Source: an uncultured Gemmatimonadales bacterium
GTDB lineage: Bacteria; Gemmatimonadota; Gemmatimonadetes; Gemmatimonadales; JACORV01
DNA length: 64,000 bases
Direction of reading: 5' to 3'
NCBI GenBank assembly: GCA_963835535.1
Contig: CAWIFL010000002.1
Coordinates: 649,011 to 713,010, forward strand
Under the pieces are notes generated by a model. The model was not told where the DNA came from and searched no databases. It saw nothing but the letters and a program-made list of their open reading frames with translations. This document shows positions 9,696 to 19,533 of the stretch, one piece after another. Each line of letters opens with the position of its first letter. Position 1 is the first letter of the stretch. The translations under genes were made by a program, and so were the position numbers.

Positions 9696-11332
9696 ATGCC
9701 GCTCACCCCCCGGGCGCTCCTTCTCGCCGGCGCGGCCGTGCTTCCGCGCCGCGCGCCGACGCTCAGGGCATCCCGTGGAGCCGCCTCGTCACCATCGGCG
9801 GCGAGGCCGACGATCGCGCCCGCGCCGCCCAGCTCCTCGGCGACACGACGCCGGGGTACCTGCTGCGCAGCGCCTCGACGCTCACCCCCGCGCTGCCGGG
9901 CGATACCACGCGGCCGCGGTGGGCGCTGCTGCTCCCCGAGGTCACGACCATCGCGAACTCGACGATCCCCTTCTCCCTCAACGACGGCTCGCTGTGGGCG
10001 GGTCGCGGGTGGAACGAGCGGGTTCGCTTCGGATTCCGGCTCGAGTCGGGGAGCTTCTTCCTGGTCGTCGCGCCGGAGGTCGTCGCCAGCCAGAACCTCC
10101 CCTACCCGATGCCCGATCCGGCCACGATCCCTCGTCAGCCGCCGGATCGGAACGCGCTGGCCAACCCCTGGCACCTCGATCCGTCCATTGACGCGCCGCT
10201 GCGCTTCGGATACACGGGCTTCTGGTCGGTGGACCCGGGCCAGACCGCGCTCGGGCTGCACGCGGGCGCCCTCACGGTCGGCGCCGGCACCGAGAACGAG
10301 TGGTGGGGCCCCGGCATTCAGAACGCCATCGTCCTGAGCGACAACGCCGCCGGCATCCCGCGGCTGTTCGTGCGCACCACGCGCCCGATCCGCACGCCCA
10401 TCGGCGACGTGGAAGGCGACTGGTTCCTGGGGGGCCTCACGGAGTCCCGCTATTTCGACACGCACCACTCCGACGCCTGGCGCTCGATCTCGGGGATCGC
10501 CCTCCTCTGGCATCCCCTCTTCGAGAGAGACCTGTCGCTCGGCATCGAGCGCACGGTGTACGCGCCGCTCGATACCTGGACCCAGCTCCCCGGGCGCATC
10601 TTCGACGTGCTCCTGGGCAGCGGCCGGCGCGCGGCCCCGTCCCCCGACACGGGCTACGTCGCCGCCCGGGACCAGATCTTCGCCCTCTTCGGGCGCTGGG
10701 TCTTTCCGAAGGACCACCTCGCCGTGCACGTCGAGTGGGCCCGCACGGTGCTGCCGTCTTCCCTCGCCGACCTGCTCACCGACCCCAACTACTCGCAGGG
10801 GTACACGCTGGGCCTCGAGTGGGGGGCTCCAGTCCACAGCGGTCGGGACCTCATCCGGTTGCAGGCGGAGGAGACGTACCTGGAGAAGAGCCCGGCGTAC
10901 CGCGACCGGCCGGAGGCGAGCTTCTACACCAGCAGCGCGGTGCCGCAGGGCTACACGCAGGACGGAAAGGTGATCGGGGCCGCGATCGGGCCAGGCGCTT
11001 CCGGCCAGTGGCTCGGGATCGACTACATCGCCCCGAAGTGGCTCGTCGGCGTCTTCGGCGGGCGGATCCGCTGGGACGACGATGCGCTGTACTCGTTCCC
11101 TACGCCGATCACGGCCACCGACGTCAACAAGTGGTGCGCGCACGACGTGTCGCTCTACGGCGGAGCCCGAGCGGCGGTCCAGAGCCCCTGGGGCCGGTTG
11201 AGCGTGTCCGTCACGCGGGGCGAGCGGCTGAACCTCTTCTTCGACAACCTCACGCAGTGCGACCCGAACCCCAACCAGAACCTCATCCTCGACGCGCGGA
11301 ACACCACGCTCGAGGTGCGCTTCACGCCGTGA
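9696..11332 (+). CDS. Wzi-family outer-membrane beta-barrel, paralogue 2; probable frameshift in the signal-peptide region
   Basis: The ENEWWGPGIQNAIVLSDNAAGIPRLFV motif is typical of Wzi. ATG 9696 gives MPLTPRALLLAGAAVL... in one frame. The mature protein (..ADAQGIPWSRLVTIGG..) continues in the frame of ORF 10109-11332. The switch lies near 9735-9765. Confidence 0.7.
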
Positions 11333-11339
11333 CGTCCGG

Positions 11340-12716
11340 ATGACGGCCTCCACCCTCACCGCCGGAGCGGCGCCGGCACCAGGGGCCGGGGCCGACGGGC
11401 TCGGCTGGGCGCTGGGCGCCTTCATCTGGCTCCTCCCCTTCCACATCCTCGCGATGGCCCTGCTGTTCGGTTTGTTCGGGGTCAGCGCGACCGTGGTGCG
11501 GGTGCTCTCGGCGTGGAAGGAGATGCTCGCGGCCGCGCTCATCGCGTTCGTGGTCGTGCGGGCGCTCGCGGGAAGCAGGCCGAGGCTCACGGTCCGGGCA
11601 GCCGATCCGGTCCTTGCCGCGCTCGGGCTCCTGGCGCTGGTGTACTTCCTCGGCGCGGGAGTGTGGTTCGGATACGACATCCCGCTCGGCGCGCAGGCCC
11701 TCGGGCTGAGGGACGCGGCGGGATTCTGCCTGCTCTACTTCGTCGGGCGCTGCGCCCCCCGGATCGCGGACGACCCTCGCTACCTGCGCGCCATCGTCGC
11801 GGTGGGGGTCGTGACGAGCGTCATCGCGATATTCGAGCGCCTGCTCGTGACTCCTGAGGCGCTCGTGCTCCTGGGCGCGACGCGGTACATCAAGGACTTC
11901 CTGGGGCTCGGGATCACGACCAGCCACAACCCGTACGGGCTCCCGGACAGCTACTGGACCATCCTCGGCAGCCACCTCGTCCAGCGGGCCGGCTCGACCT
12001 ACCTGTCGAGCCAGGGCTTCGCGGTGCAGTTCCTGGTCATACTCCCGGCGGCCACGATCGCCCTGTTCACGGCGCAGCGGCGCCGGGGATGGGCGCTCGC
12101 CGCCTGTGCCGTCCTCTGGGCGGGCCTGTTGCTCTCGATCACCAGGGTGACGACGCTCGCGTGCGTGATCCAGCTGTTCGTGCTGGCGGCGCTGTACGAC
12201 CGCTGGGGCACGGTGGTGCGTGGCGCCGCCATCGTCACGGCGGTGCTGGCGGCCGCCCTCGTCGCCGTCCCCGGCTTCGCCACCCTGGTCCTGGAGACGC
12301 TGACGTGGCAGAGCGCGAGCAGCATCTCCCATCTCGAGATCTGGGGCATGGGGCTCGCGCAGCTCCTCGAGCACCCGCTCGGCCTGGGGCTCGGGGCGGG
12401 CAGCCTGGCGGCCGCCCGCTTCGGCCTTCCCGTCATCGCCGGCGACAATCAGTACCTGACCTACTCCACGACGCTGGGCCTGCCGGGGCTGCTCCTGTAC
12501 GCCGCCGTTCTCGTCACGCTTCTCGCGGCGGGGTTGCGGGCATTCCGGACGGCCGCCACGGCGAGCGCCCGGGATTACGGCGCGCTGGTCGCGGTCGCGG
12601 CCTTGGGCATCGCGATCAATGGGATCACCACGGACCTGATCTCGAATGCGTTCCTCTCGTACACCTTCTTCTGGCTCGCCGGCACGGCGGTGAGCGCGAT
12701 CCGGGACCGGGTGTGA
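11340..12716 (+). CDS. O-antigen ligase/polymerase-family integral membrane protein (Wzy-like)
   Basis: 458-aa polytopic ORF with at least 10 hydrophobic segments. It has a Wzy_C-like loop (GSTYLSSQGFAVQFL..., LLLSITRVTTLACVIQL) and a periplasmic loop with WG..LAQLLEHPLGLGLGAG. Confidence 0.7.
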   Translation: MTASTLTAGAAPAPGAGADGLGWALGAFIWLLPFHILAMALLFGLFGVSATVVRVLSAWKEMLAAALIAFVVVRALAGSRPRLTVRAADPVLAALGLLALVYFLGAGVWFGYDIPLGAQALGLRDAAGFCLLYFVGRCAPRIADDPRYLRAIVAVGVVTSVIAIFERLLVTPEALVLLGATRYIKDFLGLGITTSHNPYGLPDSYWTILGSHLVQRAGSTYLSSQGFAVQFLVILPAATIALFTAQRRRGWALAACAVLWAGLLLSITRVTTLACVIQLFVLAALYDRWGTVVRGAAIVTAVLAAALVAVPGFATLVLETLTWQSASSISHLEIWGMGLAQLLEHPLGLGLGAGSLAAARFGLPVIAGDNQYLTYSTTLGLPGLLLYAAVLVTLLAAGLRAFRTAATASARDYGALVAVAALGIAINGITTDLISNAFLSYTFFWLAGTAVSAIRDRV

Positions 12717-13914
12717 GCGCGCCGGACGGGTGCCGAACCGGGGACAACTCCTCCGAGGCGCCGCCCGCTGGATCGCGCCCGGGCACGAGTGCCACCGGGT
12801 CGCGCGTCGCATTCGACGATTCCTACGGCCGGCTCGTGGCGATCGGCACGGGCGTCTACATCCGGAGCCTGTCCGCGGCGCTCGAGTCCCTCGTGGGCCA
12901 GCGGTTCGTGCGTGTGACGGAGCCGGTTCGCGCGGCGGCCCAAGAGCGCACGGCGCACGCCCCGCGAGCAATTCGACACGCTGATGAGGGACCTCTGGTG
13001 GCACCAGGCGGGCGCCGAGGTCGCCGCGCGGCGGCGAGGCGCCGCGCTGCTGCACATGCCCGTCGGGTTGGGGCCCCTCGCGGGCAGTCTGCCGATCGTC
13101 ACCACCGTCCACGACGTGATGCCGATCCGCTTCGCGAAGCTGTTCCGTCCGTGGTACCGGTGGTATGCGGGCGTGGTGATGCCACGACTTGGCGCGCCGG
13201 GCGCGTGCCGTCATCACCGTCTCCGAGGCCGCGAAGCAGGAGATCGTCGAGTGGTTCCGCGTCGCGCCCGAGCGGATCACCGTGATCCCCCACGGCATAG
13301 ACCCGGCGTTCGTGCCGCTCGCGGCCGGCGATCCGCAGGCCGCCGAGGTGAGGCAGCGGCATGACCTCCCGGCGGATTTCATCCTCGCGGTAGGGTCGGT
13401 GGAGCCCCGGAAGAACCTCCAGCGCCTGCTGGAGGCGGTGCACCTCCTCCGAGACCGCCCCGGGACTCGCGATGTCCGGCTCGTGCACGCGGGTCCCGAG
13501 GGGTGGCGGACGGAGGAGATCGCGGCGGCGGTGCGAAGGCTGTCGCTGGACGGCGCCGTGCGCTTCCTGGGCCACGTCCCGGCCGCGGACCTGCGCGTGC
13601 TGTTCGGCGCCGCACGCGCCTTCGTGTACCCGTCGCTCTGGGAGGGGTTCGGGATCCCCGTGCTCGAAGCGATGGCCTGCGGGTGCCCGGTCGTGGCCTC
13701 GGGCGTGGGGTCCATCCCCGAGGTGGCCGGCGGAGCAGCGCTCCTCGTGGACCCGGAATCGGTGGAGGACATCGCGGCGAGCATTGCGTCCGTGTGGAAC
13801 GGCGACCCGGTGCGCGCGGACTTGGTCCGCCGCGGCCTCGAGCGGGCCCGGAGCTTCACCTGGGATCGCGCCGCGCGCGCGACCGTCGCGGTCTATGATG
13901 CGGCCCTGGCCTGA
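12713..13914 (+). CDS. GT4 glycosyltransferase; two frameshifts as assembled
   Basis: The C-terminal ORF 13189-13914 carries the GT4 signature (PSLWEGFGIPVLEAMACGCPVV). The N-terminal parts lie in two other frames (RVAFDDSYGRL..GTGVYIRSL; LHMPVG...IVTTVHDVMPI). Shifts lie near 12940 and 13188. GTG 12713 overlaps the upstream stop (GTGTGA). Confidence 0.7.
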
Positions 13915-14416
13915 AGCGGCCGCGGCGCTCGCCGCGCTCCTGCTGGCCGCCGGGTGCACGAGCTTCGACCCTTCCGGCCAGCCGGTGCCGGACATCACCG
14001 GCACCTACGCGACGACGATCAGCCTCACGTTGCGCAACGAGTTCGAGACCCGGACCGATACGCTGGCCGCGAGGCTCACCCTCAGGGGCCTCGGATACCG
14101 CGGGCTGTTCACGGGAACGTACGCGATCCCGCCGGGCGATTCGGGGACCGTCGCCGGCACCGAGTCCTTCGACGGCACGTTCATCATTGACACCCTCGGG
14201 CCCCCGCCCAAGCCGATCGCCGCCGTCCAGTCCATCCGGGCGCTCTACCCCTGGTGCGATTGGGCCCTCCTCGGGCTTCCGCCCATCCGGGGCGCGCTTG
14301 CCGGCGACACGGTCCGCGCCACCGTCGGCCCCTCCGTGCCCTGCAGCTACCAGGTCAACGGCGGGACCGTGACCGTGAACACCACCGTGGCGTTCAGTCT
14401 TGCAGGGGTGCGGTAG
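13895..14416 (+). CDS. Small putative lipoprotein, unknown function
   Basis: ATG at 13895 in the frame of ORF 13472-14416. Lipobox-like signal MMRPWPEAAAALAALLLAAGC. Gly/Thr-rich, beta-rich mature part. No family recognised. Confidence 0.5.
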   Translation: MMRPWPEAAAALAALLLAAGCTSFDPSGQPVPDITGTYATTISLTLRNEFETRTDTLAARLTLRGLGYRGLFTGTYAIPPGDSGTVAGTESFDGTFIIDTLGPPPKPIAAVQSIRALYPWCDWALLGLPPIRGALAGDTVRATVGPSVPCSYQVNGGTVTVNTTVAFSLAGVR

Positions 14417-14420
14417 GCGG

Positions 14421-15386
14421 GTGAGGCTCGTCCCCATCGGGGTCGCCGTCGTCAACTGGAACGGGCGGGACGACACGCTCGCGTGCCTGGAGTCGCTTCT
14501 CGCGGCCGACCCTCGTCCGGCGCGCGTCGTCGTCGTGGACAACGCCTCCAGCGACGGCTCGGCCGCGGCGATCTCCGACTGGATCCGGAGCCACGGGGTG
14601 GCCGGCTTCGACGTGTTCGCTGCCGGCTCCAACGTCGGCTTCGCGGCGGCCTGCAATCTCGCGCTGGATCGCCTCGGCGCCGTCCCCGACCTGAAGCACT
14701 TCTTCCTGCTGAACAACGACGCGACCGTGGATCCGCGGTGCTTCGCCGAGATCGAGGCTGCGTCGTCGGGGGCGCCGGCGACGGGGATCCTGGGCGTGAC
14801 GATCCTGGAAGCCGGAAGTCGGCGCCCCTGGTACGCCGGAGGCCGGGTGGCGCGGTGGCGGGCGTTCGGACGGAACCTCCGGAAGGTGCCGCGCGACGGC
14901 CGTCCACTGGTGCCCACGGAATACGTCAGCGGCTGCGCGATGCTGATCTCGCGGACCGCATGGCTCGCGCTGGGCCCGCTCCCGGAGTGCTACTTCATGT
15001 ACTTCGAGGACGCGGAGTACTGCCTGCGAGCGGCCGCGGCGGGCCTCGCTGTGGCGTACGCGCCCAGGGCCGTGGTCAACCATCGAGTCGCAGGCACCGT
15101 CGAGCGCGGGGCCGTGGCCTGGGCGCTGGGTGAGTACCGGTTCGCGAGATCGCGCGCCCTGTTCGCGCGCCGCAACTTGCGCGGCGCGGTCAGGTGGAGT
15201 GCGCTCGCCTACCTGGTCGTGGTCGGCTTCGCCAAGGCCGCGCTCAGGACGCTCCGCGGGCGCCCTGCCCGCGCCTGGACGGCGTATCGCGGCACCTGGG
15301 CCGGGCTATTGGCGGTAGAAGGTCAGGGCCAGGCCGGCCGTGCCGCCGGTCAGGGTCCCGACCAGAGTGGTGTCCCCCACCAGTAG
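14421..15386 (+). CDS. GT2 glycosyltransferase (rhamnosyltransferase-like)
   Basis: IGVAVVNWNGRDDTLACLESL, VVVVDNASSDGS, FLLNNDA and YFMYFEDAEYCLR motifs. GTG 14421 is preferred as the start. The last ~80 nt overlap the convergent gene and read as low complexity, so the true 3' end may be earlier. Confidence 0.75.
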   Translation: MRLVPIGVAVVNWNGRDDTLACLESLLAADPRPARVVVVDNASSDGSAAAISDWIRSHGVAGFDVFAAGSNVGFAAACNLALDRLGAVPDLKHFFLLNNDATVDPRCFAEIEAASSGAPATGILGVTILEAGSRRPWYAGGRVARWRAFGRNLRKVPRDGRPLVPTEYVSGCAMLISRTAWLALGPLPECYFMYFEDAEYCLRAAAAGLAVAYAPRAVVNHRVAGTVERGAVAWALGEYRFARSRALFARRNLRGAVRWSALAYLVVVGFAKAALRTLRGRPARAWTAYRGTWAGLLAVEGQGQAGRAAGQGPDQSGVPHQ

Positions 15387-15968
15387 CCCGCTGAAGCTGT
15401 AAGTCGCACCCCCCGCCGTAAGCGTCAGCGCCACCGTCGTGTCCGATCGCGTGCCGGTGACCGAGGCGGGACTGGCGGGTGGAGCGATGCTGCCGGTTCC
15501 GGCCACGGAGCCGTTGCTGTCGGTGAGATCCAGGATGATCCGCGCGGAATCCTGAGATGCCGCCCACCTCCCCGTCAGCGAGGCGGCGGAATCGAGCTGG
15601 AGCGTCACCGGAATGCGCAGGCTGTCGGTCGGAACGACGATCGAGATGCTCGCGCTGTAGCTCCCCGGCGCGAGGCCGGCAGGCCGCCCGCCCACGTGCA
15701 GGAAGAAGGGCACGGTATCGCCGGTCGCGGCGAGCAGGAACCAGTTTGCGCTGACGTACGCGTGCCATCGGGCCGAAACGACCGTGTCGAGGCCGATGCT
15801 GATGTACTGGTCCGGAAGCAGCGTCGCACCGAGGCGGCCATGGAACGCCAGGCTCTCGGGCGTGACGATCAGTCGCGGCGCCCGCGTGTCCGGGACGCGC
15901 GCCTCCGTGCCGAGGCGGCAGCCGGACGTGACCGCCGCGAGCAGGAGCAGCCGAGCGAGTCGCCTCAC
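15306..15968 (-). CDS. Putative lipoprotein, unknown function
   Basis: MRRLARLLLLAAVTSGC lipobox-like signal. Thr/Ser/Gly-rich, beta-rich sequence. No family recognised. Confidence 0.5.
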   Translation of the reverse strand: MRRLARLLLLAAVTSGCRLGTEARVPDTRAPRLIVTPESLAFHGRLGATLLPDQYISIGLDTVVSARWHAYVSANWFLLAATGDTVPFFLHVGGRPAGLAPGSYSASISIVVPTDSLRIPVTLQLDSAASLTGRWAASQDSARIILDLTDSNGSVAGTGSIAPPASPASVTGTRSDTTVALTLTAGGATYSFSGLLVGDTTLVGTLTGGTAGLALTFYRQ

Positions 15969-17297
15969 GCGATCGCCCTCTCACGCACCGGGTGCCCCAC
16001 CCACCACATCGCCGCGCCGAGGAGGACCGCGTCAAGCGTGACCCTGAGCGTCCAGGCCAGGGCGGCCCCCGCGACGCCGTACGCTTCGATCAGCACCCAC
16101 GCCGCCGCCGCGTACAGCGGCAGCTCGATGAGGTGGAACATGGCCGGGATGTCGGGGCGGCCCCTGGCGAGGAGATACGCCGAGGGGAGGTACGCGAGCC
16201 CGTTGACGAGCACGCCGCCGGCCAGGATCGCGAGCGCCGTCGCCCCATTCGCGGCGTAGGCGTCGCCCAGCCACACGCTGAGCAGCGGATGCGCGAAGAG
16301 CGCGGCGAGGCCGGTGGGGAGCGCCAGGGCGGGAAGCAGGTACCAGAGCGCCCGTCCGACCAGCCGCTCGCTCTCGCGGCCCCCCCCTGCTCCGCTCTGC
16401 GCGGCACTCGCGCTCACGAGCGGGAAGAGCGCGCCCGCCAGGCTGGCCGGGACGATCGAGATCCGGATGATGGCCTCGAACGGCGCGGTGTAGTAGGCCA
16501 CGGCCGCCACGCCCGCGAGCGACGCGAGCAGGAACCGCTCGAGGTAGCCCAGGACTGGCGCGATGGCGTTCGAGACGCTCACCCAGCCGCCGTAGGCCAG
16601 CAAGCGGCCGAAGCACCGCCCAGCTCGGCCGCAGCTCCCAGCGGAACTCCGGCAGCGAGCGCCGGATCGCCACGGCCAGCGCCCAGCACGCCGCGATGCG
16701 GGTGGCCAGCAGCAGGAGCACGATCGTGGCGAGGCTGGCGCCGAGCGGCGCGGCGATGGCGGGTATGGCGAACCCCGCCACGGCCAGCGGGCCCCGCACC
16801 AGGTTGCCGAGATCGAACCGCTGCGCCCCCTCGAGGATCCCCCTGAGGCTCGCGGAGAGCACCACGAACGGGACCGAGGCGGCGAGCGCGATCAGCGCGA
16901 GGTGCGCCTCGCGATGCAGCGCGGCCGGGATGCCGAGGGCGCTCGTGAGCCATCCGCTCGCCAGCGCGAGAGCGACCCCGCCGATCACCCCGAGCCCGGT
17001 CTGGCTCGCGACCGTGAGGCCGGCCACGCGCCGCAGCTCGGCGTGCTTCCCCAGAGACAGATACTCGGCCACGTACTTGGTGGTCGCACGGCCCAGGCCG
17101 AGGTCGAGCGCCACGGCGGAACCCAGGATCGCCCAGATCAGGCCGAGCAGTCCGAACCGGGGTGCGCCGAGGTAGCGCGTGGCGATGGGGATCGCCGCGA
17201 CACCTACCAGGAGGGGGACGGCCTGGCCCAGCAGGTTGTAGAGGGTGTTCCGCGCGAGGGCGCGGCCGTGCTCAGCAGTGCTGCTCGACGTAGTCAT
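15965..17297 (-). CDS. Wzx-type polysaccharide flippase (MOP superfamily) 1; one frameshift as assembled
   Basis: The N-terminal ORF (from 17297) reads ARNTLYNLLGQAVPLLVGVAAIPIATRYLG..FGLLGLIW. The C-terminal ORF 15965-16603 continues the TM pattern. The frames join near 16600-16612. Confidence 0.7.
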
Positions 17298-18423
17298 CCA
17301 GGCGCGCCACGAACGCGTCCCACGAGTAGAGCCGCGAGCGCTCGATCCCGGCGGCTCCCATCCGCCGCGCGGCCTCGGGGTTCCCCGCGAGCCACGCCAT
17401 CCGCTCCGCGAACGCCTCCACCTTGGGCTCGAGCAGGAATCCGGTGACGCCGTCCTGCACCGTCTCGGTCGGACCGGCCCGGTTCACGGCGAGCACCGGC
17501 TTCCCGTAGGCCATCGCCTCGACGGGGACCATTCCCCACGGCTCGCTCAGCGACGGGAACACGAGCGCATAGCAGCGGTCGTACAGGCGCTCGATCTCGG
17601 CAGCGCCCGGGTCGAGCCGGAACTCGATCGCCGGCTCCTTGGACGCGAGCGAGCGCAGCGAGCGCAGGTAAGCGCCGTCCATGCGGTCCACGTCGCCGGC
17701 GATGACCAGCCGCCAGGGCGTGTCCGGGTTCAGACGCCGGAACTCCAGGAACGCCCCGATCGCCAGCTCGGCGTTCTTGGTCCACTTCACGCGACTCAGG
17801 AAGAGGAAATACGGCTCCGACGTCAGCGTCGGCCGCACCCGCGCGGGATCCACTCCCGGATGCAGGACCTCCACCCGGTCGGGCGCGCAGAGGCCCGCGC
17901 TGACTACCTGGCGGCGGACCTCCTCGCCATTCACGAACACGTGCTGGTAGTGCCGCCACGCACGCCGCGTGGCCCGGTGGTAAATGCCCCGGTACAGCGC
18001 CAGCGGCAGGCGATAGAGCGGGCGCTGCTCCAGGAGCGTCTCCCGGTACACGGGGTCGTAGACGGGCCGCACGAGCGTGTGGCAGTAGCAGATGACGGGT
18101 TTGGCGTGATTGCGGAACGTGATGAAGTCGCCCAGGCCCTCCGAGGAGACGACGAGTGCGTCGAACGTCGAAGGATCGAGCTTCTCCGCGGCGATGGTGG
18201 CGGCTCCGGTGAGCGCCTTGCCGAGCGTGCGCTTCACCGAGACGCGGTGCAGCTCGACCACCCGTTCCAGGTTCCGAAACTCCGGGAACGTCCCGTCGTA
18301 GTCCACGTGGCTGGTGTAGATCACGTACTCGTGGCGGCTGCGCGTCGCCATCTCGAGGATGCACCGCTCGGCCCCGGACCGCAGGTGCACCCATGGATAG
18401 TACAGCGCGACGCGTTTCGTCAT
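17272..18423 (-). CDS. GT4 glycosyltransferase
   Basis: Intact 383-aa ORF. C-terminal GT4 signature FPSLSEPWGMVPVEAMAYGKPVLA..GPTETV. Confidence 0.8.
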   Translation of the reverse strand: MTKRVALYYPWVHLRSGAERCILEMATRSRHEYVIYTSHVDYDGTFPEFRNLERVVELHRVSVKRTLGKALTGAATIAAEKLDPSTFDALVVSSEGLGDFITFRNHAKPVICYCHTLVRPVYDPVYRETLLEQRPLYRLPLALYRGIYHRATRRAWRHYQHVFVNGEEVRRQVVSAGLCAPDRVEVLHPGVDPARVRPTLTSEPYFLFLSRVKWTKNAELAIGAFLEFRRLNPDTPWRLVIAGDVDRMDGAYLRSLRSLASKEPAIEFRLDPGAAEIERLYDRCYALVFPSLSEPWGMVPVEAMAYGKPVLAVNRAGPTETVQDGVTGFLLEPKVEAFAERMAWLAGNPEAARRMGAAGIERSRLYSWDAFVARLDDYVEQHC

Positions 18424-19520
18424 GCGTGATACACCCGGTCCACGATGGAGGCGGTCCGCTCCCAGGAGAACCGCGCGGCGTTGGCGAAGCCACGGCGCAC
18501 CAGGTCGCCTCTCAGGGTGCTGTCATCGAGCACGCGCTCGAGCTGCGCGGCCAGCTCCTCCGGCGCGTTCGGGTCGAACGGGAGCGCCGCGTCGCCGTAC
18601 ACCTCGGGCAGCGCCGCCGCGTTGGAGCAGACGACGGGGCACCCGCAGCTCATCGCCTCGAGCACGGGCATGCCGAATCCCTCGAAGAGCGAGGGGAAGA
18701 CGAAGGCCGCCGCGGTGTTGTACAACCCGACCAGGGCCTCGGTGTCAACGGACTCGAGGTGGTGGACGACGCCGCCCAGCCCCTTCTCTGCCACGAACCG
18801 GAACACGTCTCCAGCTTCCCATCCCCGCCGCCCGACGAGGACGAGGTGCAGGTCGTCGCGGCGGCGCGCACGCACCATCTCGTACGCCCTCAGCAGCGTG
18901 ACCAGGTTCTTGCGGGCCTGGATAGCGCCGACGTAGAGGAGGAACTCGAACGCAAATCCGGTCCGCCGCCGGGCCTCGGCCCGGCCCTCCGCGTCCAGCG
19001 GCCGGAAGACGCTCCGGTCGGCGGCGCAGGGCGTGACCGTGATCTGCCCCTCGTCCACGCCGTACCGATCCGCGATCGAGCGCCTGGAGAATTCCGACAG
19101 CGTCAGTAGGTGATCCGCGTGCCGCGCCGCGAACCGCGTCAGCCACGTCATGCGCGCCCGCTCCACCGGGGCGTAGGCGCGAGGGAGGTCCAGGAACGCG
19201 AGATCGTGAATAGTGACCACCTTCCTCGCCCGGAAGGCGGGGAAGAAGTTGAACGGGACGTGCAGCACGTCGAGGTCCAGCCGGCTGCAATAATACGGTA
19301 TCTCGACGGCGCGCTGCCAGTAGACGGATCGCGCCGCAAGCGGCAGGTGGGTCAGCCGGTCCCCCGGGAGGCGTTGCCGCCCTGCCAGACGGTACGAGAA
19401 CACGTAATACTCGTCGTCCGGCCGCGCGATCGTTGAAAGGTGCCTCAGGATGTTCTCGAAGTAAAGCTCGTTGCCGCCGTGGCGCACACCGACGAAGTGG
19501 GCGTCCACACCGATGCGCAT
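18420..19520 (-). CDS. GT4 glycosyltransferase
   Basis: Intact 366-aa ORF beginning MRIGVDAHFV. FPSLFEGFGMPVLEAMSCGCPVV signature. 4-nt overlap with the downstream GT4. Confidence 0.8.
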   Translation of the reverse strand: MRIGVDAHFVGVRHGGNELYFENILRHLSTIARPDDEYYVFSYRLAGRQRLPGDRLTHLPLAARSVYWQRAVEIPYYCSRLDLDVLHVPFNFFPAFRARKVVTIHDLAFLDLPRAYAPVERARMTWLTRFAARHADHLLTLSEFSRRSIADRYGVDEGQITVTPCAADRSVFRPLDAEGRAEARRRTGFAFEFLLYVGAIQARKNLVTLLRAYEMVRARRRDDLHLVLVGRRGWEAGDVFRFVAEKGLGGVVHHLESVDTEALVGLYNTAAAFVFPSLFEGFGMPVLEAMSCGCPVVCSNAAALPEVYGDAALPFDPNAPEELAAQLERVLDDSTLRGDLVRRGFANAARFSWERTASIVDRVYHA

Positions 19521-19533
19521 CAGTCTCCCGGTC

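Noticed and set aside
8573-11680. 1035-aa ORF on the minus strand
   Set aside because: It is antisense to the Wzz and Wzi genes, which have clear family motifs. Its translation is Arg/Pro/Gly/Ala-rich low complexity, typical of stop-free antisense frames in ~70% GC DNA.
11322-13859. 845-aa ORF on the minus strand
   Set aside because: It is antisense to the Wzy and GT4 genes. It has the same low-complexity Arg/Pro-rich character and no recognisable domain.
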